A stretch of DNA of 26,282 nt from Macrostomum lignano (taxonomy: Eukaryota), in NCBI GenBank assembly GCA_002269645.1, contig NIVC01001477.1:1-26282 (forward strand). Reading direction: 5' to 3'. Shown piece after piece: positions 1 through 24,617 of this stretch. The notes below the pieces were generated by a model. That model made no database searches. It was given only the letters and a program-made list of their open reading frames with translations, and was not told where the DNA came from. Position 1 is the first letter of the stretch. Each line of letters begins with the position of its first letter. A program made the translations under genes and the position numbers.

Positions 1-1838
1 TCTAGAAAACATTGTCTTGTTCCTTTTAAAAGCTACCTAATATTAGCAAAAAGTGTTTTGCTATAAATAGGTCTTCAGTAGTGAGATTTTGAAAGTTTTT
101 TTTGTATTTTTGATACATACAAGGTGTTTTTTAAAAAGTAAATGAGAATTTTGTTATAACTTTTGATTGGATGAACATATGAACCTGAAATTTTCACCCA
201 ACAATTTTACATATATGAACAATTAATAGCTTTATTTTAAGCCTTACATAGCTGCATGCAACTGTATAATTGTAAATGAAAAATCATGCCTCAAAATTTT
301 AAATTATGATTTTTGTCTCATAATTTTTTTCTTGTAAAAGAAAAATACACTATGGGTTGATTGGTGCCTTTTAAGTGCTATATTTGAATTTTTTTTTTTG
401 GTCATATCTCTCTTAATATTTATCCTACAGTGTTTATATTCATGTTCATTTCATAAAGGCGCATTAAAAAATTGCATTTAGAATTGCGCAAAATGCAATA
501 CAAAAAGTTATTCAACTTTTAAATTTTTACATGGGCCAAGTAAGAACAATAATTTTTTTTCTTACAAAGCAGTTTTTTGGACTTTTAACTATCTAACTTT
601 GCATTTCTATCATTAAAGTTTGTTTAAATGGCCCTTTTAGCATGAAAAATGAATCTGTTTAAAGTAGTATTTCATAGCACCAATTTACATGTATACAAAA
701 AATGTACAATGTTTAAATGATCACTGCTCTTAAAATATTTAGTTTTTTTGTTTAGGAGTTATTTCACTTGAAAGATATATTTCTCTAGTTTTGATACATA
801 TTATAGATTTTTATAAAACCAGTTCAACACATAGCAATTGAATTTTAAAGTTTTAAGAATTTTTGTTTTTTCTGCAACATTTTCAACTTTCAAAATCTCA
901 CTAAAGTCCCTACTAAAAATTCGAAATCAATAAAATAAGTCAATTTTAAGCTCTATCTAGATGTCTAGATGACTTTTTAAACATTGTCTAGACATTTAGA
1001 AGTGACCTATTTAGCTTAGGTTCATAGCAAAACAGTATGTTTAGAAGTAATAGGCCTAGTTTAGAATATCATTAAAAATATAGAATTAAAGATTAGACAA
1101 GATCTAAATTTCAATTGTAAGATTTTAAATATTTAGGTTTTTAAATGCTAAAAATCTAAAACTAAAGCTATATTGATTTGCACACATTTGTACAAGTCCT
1201 AAATGTTGACTGAATCTCAATCATCTTAACTCAGATATACCTATAACCTCAACCACAAATTTTGAAAATCTGATAGTGATGTTGTCTGCTTAATAAATGC
1301 AATAATTATTTTCAAATCTGAAGAATTCAATAATAAATAAATAATTTCAATTCAAAGTTAAACTTACCTCATCTCCATCGTATAAATTATTTTTATATTC
1401 TATTATTCAATTGCTTGACTAAATGGATAACTGTTTTTCAGTTTCAAAAGTGTTAAGAAAACAGTAATTATCGATAAAGGTGATAATTTATTTTTATTTT
1501 ATTTGGTATGCTGTTGACTATACTCTTTGTATGAAGGTACTTTTCAATGTCGTTGTCGACTAACAGATAGTGCGATTACCAAATCACATGATTGACTACG
1601 TACCTACGTGTCTTCCTTTTCATTCTAGGAAAATAGTTAAGTTAAAATTCTATCCCGAACTCTGTCAGAATAACAATAAGGAATATTAGCAAGGATTTTT
1701 AAACAGAGCCGTAGCCTATTGGTCGAACGCAGCGTTCTTCGAAGCGACCTAGGCTCGATTTCAAGTGAAGCGTAGTGATTTAGGGTTAAATTGTAAACTC
1801 GACTAGGTCTGCTCGTGCAATTAGCTCCAAGGGCCAAC

Positions 1839-2166
1839 GGCTGGGCGTGGGCGATCGTATTGGTTCAGTCACTTCCGAGTATGGAGTACCAAGAAGTCCA
1901 ATGGGGTGACCTAGTACCGAGTACTATATTACGAGTCCACCGTGTCCATGCACCGGCACAGTACGAAGCTTACATTGGGTAACGATTAATGAAGTTAGGG
2001 CCGCTGTAAACTCCTGTGTGAGTCTGGTTATGCGTTTGACTGCGTATAACGAGAGTGGTCCTTGTTGTGTGTCGACCTGCTTAGGAGAGTCGGCGGATTG
2101 GCACGATCATCGGCCCCTACCGGTTTTGACAATGTTGCGTAAGTGAGCCAGGATCGGCACACAGCC
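1839..2166. ncRNA. Candidate structured non-coding RNA (unassigned; weak 7SK-like features)
   Basis: GC-richer island in AT-rich DNA. Ends are complementary: GGCTG(1839)..GTG..CGATC pairs with GATCG..CAC..CAGCC(2166). Three GATC motifs (1853, 2105, 2152). Internal hairpin GTTATGCG/CGTATAAC near 2027-2050. Strand and family not determined. Confidence 0.3.
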
Positions 2167-2863
2167 CCTTGCTCTGATTAAAAATAAAATAGATTTTCGA
2201 ATACTACATATATTGCAGCACTACTACTACACTGTATATGATTTTAGATTTAATTACGCTAGCTGCTACAAGCAGGAGTTTGCGGTGTTTTGGATTACAG
2301 GTATACTACATGTATGCAGTATTAAAGTAAATTAAATTAAAAGGATTATGACGACATGAACAGCAAACGTACTGAAACTACATGCATCTCATAAATTTAC
2401 TAGGCTGTAACTGAAAATGGCTGAAGTACATGTAATACTCTACGCAAAACAAAGCGAGCAATCAAGTTCTGGAATCATAATAAAGTGTGTTTTTTATTTT
2501 TACAATCTTGAAAATATGCATTCTCCCTAAAACTCTAAAACTACCCTTTGTTAAACTTGCATGCGGACATGATACCTGTATCTCAGCAATACAAGAATTA
2601 CTTGGTTATCGATCTGCATGACCACACGTACATGGAAAATTTATGCATAATAAAAAATAGCAAATACCAAACTATCAATACATGTATGTTTAGCACAAGT
2701 TGAAATGTACCAAGATGTTTGAAAAGCTAGTTATCAAACAGTTTATCAAATTATTTGTATTTCTTAAGACCGAAATAGACAGCACCAATAATTATAGCAA
2801 CTTATACAACAGGAAATGTAGACGAAACGCATAAAAATTAGTAAGCAATGTCAAATCAATGGG

Positions 2864-4983
2864 TTACAACTGGCAGTTGTAAGTGTTTGACTCCTCAATG
2901 CAACGCAGGCACTGCTGATAGCACACTGTCTCAACTTTTTCCACGCTTTGCCGCATTGTCTCCAGCTTGCCAGAGAAGTCTTTCGGAACAATCCGGACCG
3001 CGGTCTGGCACTGTTTCGCAGCAGCCAAGCAGCTTCTGCAACGTTAACAGCAGGATGAATTTGTCTTTGTGGGAGAAAGAATTGGGACATGTAAAACTAG
3101 AGAAATTAGCAATTAGAGCAATTAGAGAAAACAATTGTCACGTGACTATGTCCAGCCAATGGTGACTTAAATGTGCACGCATCCATACAGGGTTTTTGTA
3201 GTATAGCAATGCACGAATCACACACATACTTGATATCTGTAGCGTCAAGGCAGCTTAGCTTTGAGCTATTCGCCGTTTACCTTCGGCGACATCGTCCCAA
3301 CAACCAGTGCTGAGGCAAATCTGCCTATTTCGCTGAGCACATACAAGAGCACCAATGCTGTACGCAGGCACGTACTCATACACACGCTCACAGGGTTTTC
3401 AGTGGCCCTGACTTTCTAATCGGTCAGGCATGTACACTCTCGGTGCCTTGTGGGTTGGCCCTCATGGCATGGGTGTGAATCGCATGACAACCCCTGGGTC
3501 AATGTTGTGCAAAAAACCGTTGAGCAACCCGCTCTGCCCCAATGAATCAATGAGAACGGCCACCAACCTGTAGAAACGCCAGCACGCGCTCCGGCGTATC
3601 GAAATCAGCCTTGGCAGCGGCATTGAGCGCCAGGCGCATCAACTCGCCGCTGAGGTCGCACACGCCAAGCAGGTAGTCGAACTGGGACACCAGCAGTCCG
3701 GACGGCAGGCGGTCGCGTACCCCGCCGGACAGGCTTAGCAGGCGGCCGGTGGACAGGAATTCTAAGAAAGTCATAGCCTCGATCAGCTCCTGCAGTCCTG
3801 GACTATAAGCCCGCCTGTATTCCCAGGGATCCTGGCCGGTCAGCTCAGAGCTGATTGGCAGCAGCTTAGACGCAATCAGCTTGTCCAATCGCTGGCTAAC
3901 TTCAGTCAGTACAGCCAATCTTTCTTCATCGGAGGCGCCAGCCACTCGATGCAGAGTGAAAATAAGCCGCTTACTCTCCATGGTTATGTCGCGAGACAGT
4001 TTCACAATGCGCTCCCGCCTGTCCTGCTTGACGTCGAGGCGCTCTTTGAATGTCTAATTGGTGTATTAGAACAGTTAATTTTACGAGGTAAGTATTCAAT
4101 ACGTTTATTAACTTTTTATCAGCGTATTTTTCGTAGATCGCTACTATTAGTAGAGTAACAGCACAAAAAGCAAATTATAGTTAATTTTATACAGGTAATA
4201 ATTGGTTATTTTTACTGCAAGTAAAATGTCAAAGAAATGCAACATATTGTAGTTGTTTTTATAAATTTTATATTATCAATCTGACAGTTTTCTTCTATAC
4301 AATACTCATATTTCATGATGCTCCAGACTTGCATATTGAACAGGCTTGCATCATCAAGACTGAGTAAATGGTCAATAATTAGCAGCCCTGAGCTGCGGTA
4401 CAAGTGCAGGATGGGAGTTGCGACCCTTACAATGTCAGGACTGTACAAGCTATATGCATATCTCGGATGCACCATGCCACTGACTGCAACACCTGGGCCA
4501 TGTTGAAATGGGTCAGGGTGTAATTTCTTTGCTAGTTCTATAGTACAGCCTTTGATTTTATTGGAATTAGTACATTTAAAATTATCAAAATCGACAGACT
4601 TTGCAGAAATTTTGCTGTACTTTGCCAAAAAAATTTGCCATGTTATAAGGTAGCATCATAATTCTTATCCTAATCTTTTGAGCCCTTCCCAGTTATCAGG
4701 CTCCTAGATAGCCAGATGATTGGGTAGATGAAAACTGGATTAACTAATTAGCCACCAAAAAGTTTGTCACTAGGGCTTAACAAAGAATGATAACTAAGAC
4801 TGGAAAACAGTAGCCCAGGTTGCTCTAATTTAAATTTAATTCAGCACAGTTGTATACCTGAAATAGTGCTGCCACTTTGTTATTCTCATCCTGACTTAAC
4901 CTGGCACATTTATTGTCACTGGCTGGTCCAGGTGGTGTGGCATTTGGACGCTTTGAAGCTGCAGTTTCTGGTTGTTGAGGGTC
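2864..4983 (-). CDS. TSNAX: Translin-associated factor X (TRAX, C3PO nuclease subunit); three visible coding exons, last exon apparently frameshifted
   Basis: Exons 4983-4858 (DPQQ...NNKVAALFQ), 4053-3568 (TFKERLDVKQDRRERIVKLSRDITMESKRLIFTLHR...PGLQELIEA...DYLLGVCDLSGELMR...FLQ) and 3035-2864 (...KLETMRQSVEKVETVCYQQCLRC...stop), all with AG/GT boundaries. Motifs match the translin/TRAX family, including the TRAX catalytic acidic residues (ExxE and DxxGE). Confidence 0.92.
3290..3421 (-). repeat. Intronic interspersed repeat, copy A (homologous to 15953-16082)
   Basis: Colinear blocks shared with the reverse complement of 15953-16082: CATCGTCCCA, GGCAA.TCTGCC, an 18-nt identity CTGAGCACATACAAGAGC (3333-3350), ACACGCTCACA and GACTTTCTAATC. 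Confidence 0.85.
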
Positions 4984-7357
4984 CTGAAACAAATGAAACA
5001 ATACTTGATATAATTCTCTATCTAGGCTTAACAAGTATTTATATAAATTTATACTCTTACAATACTTTGTATAATAATTGTAATAGTTAGCCATCACTCA
5101 GTTTCTTCTATGATCCATTGGGATTTGTTCTTTGTCCTAGCTTTAGTGCCTTAGTATCTTAGATTAAAGCTTGGAATTAACTATTAATTTAAAGCTATAG
5201 TCTCAACTGATTTTAACAAAGACCTCAACCTAGTATTAAGCTTTTAGCTTCTTATAATTTAAAGATATTAGGCCCTATTAACTTATTAATTTTAGCATTA
5301 CCCAACTAAAGTTAGGTAAAAAGGTTTCTTAAAATGACTTAAGTTTCTTAGGTAAATAGGACTAAAACCCTATTGCAGCCAATGGCTATTATTGTAGTGT
5401 CTACTGCAGATTGGCCTTTAGCAATATAGGCATAGTCTGGCATGCCAATGCAATTGGTATAAGAAATGATTTAGACCTTGGCTGCAATAGAAGACTAAAA
5501 GTTAAGAAGTAAAAATGCTATAGTAGCATGTAGAGAATAAGAGAATATGCAAAATATCACCAATAGCTACTAATAGAAGAATGTTGCAAGACATTATTAT
5601 TGGACTTATCAAAATACTGATAATTTGCAACAGCATTTGAGAGCTTTAGATAGTTTAAACTCATTATGAAAAAAAATGATATTGGGATAAATATTGAATA
5701 GTCCATAATAGGTAGGATAACTATTTATAAAGTATTTATTTGTTACCTTGTAAATTGGTTTTTTTGGCCCCTTAAAAATGTCATTGGCAACTGGATTTTC
5801 GGCATCAGAGGCCAATCTGGCTACTTTATTTTTCCCATGCTAGTTGCCAATTTCAAAAAATTATTTGATATGAATCAATATAATGGAATTGTTAGCAGCA
5901 TAGATCTTAGAGTTGAGAGAACAAATTTCTGCTTTTTAAACATAGAATTGGAAATATCTAGGGCCTATCCTCGAGAATTTGGCTAGTTACCAATGAGCAA
6001 CTGAAAATAGCCATTGGCAACTGGATTTTGAGCCCCAAGGGCCAGTTGGCAACTGGATTTCCAACCTTAAAAACCTAGCTTGTAAATAACACTAGCAATA
6101 TTTACATACTACCATGCAAATAATAGCTATCAAAGTGCAATGATTTGATACAAAGGACCATGGCTTTTGATAGAAAAAATGTTGTACTAAAATAAATTTG
6201 AAATTCCACATTTTCAAGAATGAATAAACATGATTTAAAGAGCATAATTGGATCAAGCACAGGATAAATAATGGATAAAACAAGCGTAATTAAGGGGAAA
6301 GTTAATATGTAGGCCCTGTATTTAGCAAGTTTGCTTCCTTCTTGACAATGCTCGGCCGCATGTTAGGCCTATATTGACTAGGCTAATACCATTTTGTATT
6401 ATAGGAATTAATAAAATTACACACCTGTTCTTTTTCATTTCTTAATTGTCTAGATCTGGATTCATTAGGATTCCAAGTAAATATGTTTAATTGCCACAAT
6501 AATTCACTTGGAAGTTGGAATTGATATGATTGGTGGATGACGAAATGACTCTCTTCAGGTAGTGCACGCTAATTAAAATGACGAACCGACCCTAGTCGAG
6601 GTGAGCACCCCAGACACCCGAGATGACGAAATGATTCGTAACCAATTTAATATCTGACACGAAAAAATATCCTTAATACATTACTCATATTGCTTAAATA
6701 TACTCCAAAAAGAGACAGTGAAGACCATCCGTAAGCGGACAACCACCAACTACCTGGTTGCTGTTGTATTAAGTGACGAAGGAATAATGATCAATCAAAT
6801 ATAAATCAGTTATAATATGTCGTGTAGATTTCAAAGCCGTAGACAAATTTTAATTTACGGGTGACTTAAAATAAAATAATTTTTATAAAATTAAATTTTT
6901 ATTGCTTTACTGTCTTTAGGCCAGAAAATCAATCTTGTACATTTAAAAATTTTGAAAAAAAGTTGTTAGCAATATTAAGAAAGCGTGCGTGTTGAGCTTT
7001 GCTAATAATTTTTTATTTAAATTCATTTTATTGAAAATTGTGCGCGCAAGGCCCTTGCTCAGTGTGTGTTGACCATAACGTATTAACATAACAAGTTACA
7101 TTAATGCGATAAATATAGGATTAGACCCATACTATAGTGTGTTAGCTTATCGAGAAAGAGTCAGTAATTCGTCACAGAAGAGAAAATTTTTTTTCGTATT
7201 TGTTTGTTTGTTGGAACATTAAAGTTTTAAGCTAATTGCACTGATTAATCTGTGTTAAGAAGGCCTAGCCAATTAGCTTGACCAAGACCTGCAACAATAT
7301 TTTGAACTTAGCAACGTTTTGAGTATATATACTAAACTGCATCAACAAAATTACAAC
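4984..7357. promoter_or_regulatory. Divergent (head-to-head) upstream region shared by TRAX and DHX15
   Basis: Lies between the 5'-most visible TRAX exon (minus) and the DHX15 ATG (plus). Four TGACGAA motifs (CRE half-site TGACG) at about 6538, 6579, 6624 and 6774. TSSs not determinable from sequence. Confidence 0.45.
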
Positions 7358-21560
<14,203 letters not shown>

Positions 21561-21631
21561 GAAACTTAATCCGAGTTATTTTGTCCCTACTATGATCTAA
21601 TATCTATTGCCTACTTTGTGTAACCAGGCTA

Positions 21632-21679
21632 AATAAACCAAAATATTTAATACCAGGATCAAAACTTGTGTTAAATAAA
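21632..21679 (+). terminator. Candidate polyadenylation signals of DHX15
   Basis: AATAAA at 21632-21637 and 21674-21679, 70-120 nt after the stop codon, followed by T/GT-rich sequence. Confidence 0.55.
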
Positions 21680-22252
21680 ATGAAAATTGTTTAGCGAGTT
21701 TCACTTTGTTGTTTGTTAAATTTTCAGCATACATTTAATTAATTCCACGCACTTCGCCCGTTTGTGTTCTGTTTTCAACATCCGTTTGCACTACTTGTAG
21801 TAGCAATAATAAGTAAGCTACATAACAGATTAATGCGCGTAAGTTAACTAACTAAATATTTGTTTGTATGTGCAGCTTATTTGAGTAATATTGAATACTA
21901 GTAGGCACATGATTTTTAATTGAATATATCTAGTACAAAGCACTTGAATGTGTATTTGTAATCATTTTCTTTAGTGCACTGTTTTTGTCAATTGTCGAGT
22001 ATGTTATCAATACTGAAATATAAACTTATAAATTATAATACACGGGTTCCTTATAAAAACTGAAATTTTGGGATTTAATAATGCATTTTGTGTTGCAAAT
22101 TTTAACTTATCTGCTTGCTATATGCGACGATGACAACGCTATTCTTGTCGGCTGAAATGCTACCGATAACTCATTTTGCTGTTTTACGCGTTTTTTCATT
22201 TTCATTCTCGACTGAGTCTTGTCGACGGTAAAAAGCTCGCTTTGCGGAATTT

Positions 22253-23497
22253 GTCTATGGTAAATAGACAGATATAGTTAGATGTCTATGGTAAATAGAC
22301 AGATATAGTTAGATGTCTATGGTAAATAGACAGATATAGTTAGATGTCTATGGTAAATAGACATATATAGTTAGATGTCTATGGTAAATAGACAGATATA
22401 GTTAGATGTCTATGGTAAATAGACAGATATAGTTAGATGTCTATGGTAAATAGACAGATATAATTAGATGTCTATGGTAAATAGACAGATATAGTTAATG
22501 TCTATGGTAAATAGACAGATATAGTTAGATGTCTATGGTAAATAGACAGATATAGTTAGATGCCTATGGTAAATAGACAGATATAGTTAACGTCTATGGT
22601 AAATAGACATATATAGTTAGATGTCTATGGTAAATAGACAGATATAGTTAACGTCTATGGTAAATAGACAGATATAGTTAGATGTCTATGGTAAATAGAC
22701 AGATATAGTTAGATGTCTATGGTAAATAGACAGATATAGTTAGATGTCTATGGTAAATAGACAGATATAGTTAGATGTCTATGGTAAATAGACAGATATA
22801 GTTAGATGTCTATGGTAAATAGACAGATATAGTTAGATGCCTATGGTAAATAGACAGATATAGTTAATGTCTATGGTAAATAGACAGATATAGTTTGATG
22901 TCTATGGTAAATAGACAGATATAGTTAGATGTCTATGGTAAATAGACAGATATAGTTAGATGTCTATGGTAAATAGACAGATATAGTTAGATGCCTATGG
23001 TAAATAGACAGATATAGTTAATGTCTATGGTAAATAGACATATATAGTTAGATGTCTATGGTAAATAGACAGATATAGTAAGATGTCTATGGTAAATAGA
23101 CAGATATAGTTAACGTCTATGGTAAATAGACAGATATAGTTAGATGTCTGTGGTAAATAGACAGATATAGTTAGATGTCTATGGTAAATAGACAGATATA
23201 GTTAGATGCCTATGGTAAATAGACAGATATAGTTAATGTCTATGGTAAATAGACAGATATAGTTAGATGTCTATGGTAAATAGACATATATAGTTAGATG
23301 TGTATGGTAAATAGACAGATATAGTTAGATGTCTATGGTAAATAGACAGATATAGTTAATGTCTATGGTAAATAGACAGATATAGTAAGATGTCTATGGT
23401 AAATAGACAGATATAGTAAGATGTCTATGGTAAATAGACAGATATAGTTAATGTCTATGGTAAATAGACAGATATAGTTAGATGTCTATGGTAAATA
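22253..23497. repeat. 31-bp tandem satellite, about 40 highly similar units, each with a perfect hairpin
   Basis: Unit GTCTATGGTAAATAGACAGATATAGTTAGAT; GTCTAT/ATAGAC stem around a GGTAA loop; 30-bp variants present. Confidence 0.98.
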
Positions 23498-24068
23498 CCT
23501 CAATTCGTGGAAATTTTTCTATGGTAACAGTACAAAGGGACGAAATCATATGTGCAAGTCGCGTGATCGCCCTAAAATTACCGTGACTTCATGACGGAGT
23601 AAACGAGCCTTTAAGAATTAAAAATATTAATTGATAGATAAACCTCGTGGAAAAAAACCTACTTGCTCCAATTTGCTGTCCACGTGACATTGCCAATCCA
23701 TGAGTGAAGTGGATCTCAGCTATAGCTAGCTTGTCAATAAGTGTAATGCATTTTAATGGATTCTATCAGCCCCATTTGCGTATATTATCAATCTATTTTA
23801 GATTTCACATTAACCCGTGAGCAAATTGTATTGCTTATAGTCGTTACAGATCTGCACTAGCACTATAGTTATTTAATCGGCTCTGAAGAGCCTGAGCTAG
23901 CTGTTAATCTATGCCACTCTACAAATCAATTAAGTCGTCAAGTGCCAGTACGTATCTATTGATTTAGATGTAGATACTGAGTTTAGTTGCTAGGGCGGGA
24001 GTATATTGAATCTTGAGCCACACATATCCTAGCTGAATATAGAGATCGGGTCCAGGATCCGGAGAAGA

Positions 24069-24075
24069 TATAAAA
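24069..24075 (+). promoter_or_regulatory. Candidate TATA box upstream of the cysteine-rich peptide gene
   Basis: TATAAAA about 540 nt upstream of the ATG. An acceptor-like TTATTTTAG at 24583-24591 suggests a 5'-UTR intron or trans-splice site. Positional inference only. Confidence 0.3.
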
Positions 24076-24617
24076 ATAGCGGTCTAACGAAGTGAACGCA
24101 GGCAGAGACGAGTCGTACGTCTGAAGCTGAATTCATTCCAACAAAGGCTCATACTATAGCTAGCACGTCTCCAAGGAATACCAATTTCTCATGTCGTCCA
24201 GTTTCGCCCAAAGAGTAGGGCGGTGCAGTTGAAATCACGCTCGTAGAAAAAGATTAGTATCATTTTACTCCATTTCGATTCCTTGTTGTAACCGCAGATC
24301 AAATAAAGTACTATAGATCACGCGAACGGCGCATCTGCTGCCATGGATATACGGGCTGCCAGCCGCCCACGCAGAGCCTGACTGTAGATAGTTGAAAGCT
24401 GAGAAGACTGCAAATTGCTTGGTTCTATGCAGCTGTTAATAGCATAGCAGCCAATCATGATCCTCCGGTAGCTTCGGCTACACATGTAGCTGTTACCCTT
24501 TAAAATCTATCGACGGCTCCGCGATTCTGTTGCAGATTTCTTCTTTTTGAAAAATCCCTCCGCTCGTTTTTACTTCGGCACGTTATTTTAGACATCCGCG
24601 TGGTTGCTACAGTGATT

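Noticed and set aside
1362-1378. Minus-strand ATGGAGATGAG|GTAAGT, a possible micro first exon of a gene running off the left edge
   Set aside because: No downstream exon identifiable in 1-1360, so it cannot be supported.
1860-2110. RNase P/MRP assignment from AGAAGTCC (CR-I-like)
   Set aside because: No correctly placed complementary CR-V/P4 strand near the 3' end.
2848-3165. Plus-strand 105-aa ORF and other antisense ORFs over the TRAX and DHX15 exons
   Set aside because: Shadows of GC-rich coding sequence on the opposite strand.
4212-4628. 138-aa minus-strand ORF inside a TRAX intron
   Set aside because: No recognisable domain or convincing splice context; inserting it would disrupt the colinear TRAX alignment. 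A decayed element cannot be excluded.
5609-5815. Possible TRAX first exon (MASDAENPV...K|GTAACA)
   Set aside because: Starts at TTG, not ATG, and overlaps a local repeat CATTGGCAACTGGATTTT (5782 and 6013, partial at 6046) that looks like transposon debris.
22253-23497. CRISPR-like array of palindromic 31-bp repeats
   Set aside because: Units are directly adjacent with no unique spacers, there are no cas genes, and the context is eukaryotic.
24549-24558. kappaB-like site (GAAAAATCCC) upstream of the peptide gene
   Set aside because: A single degenerate 10-mer is expected by chance in AT-rich DNA.
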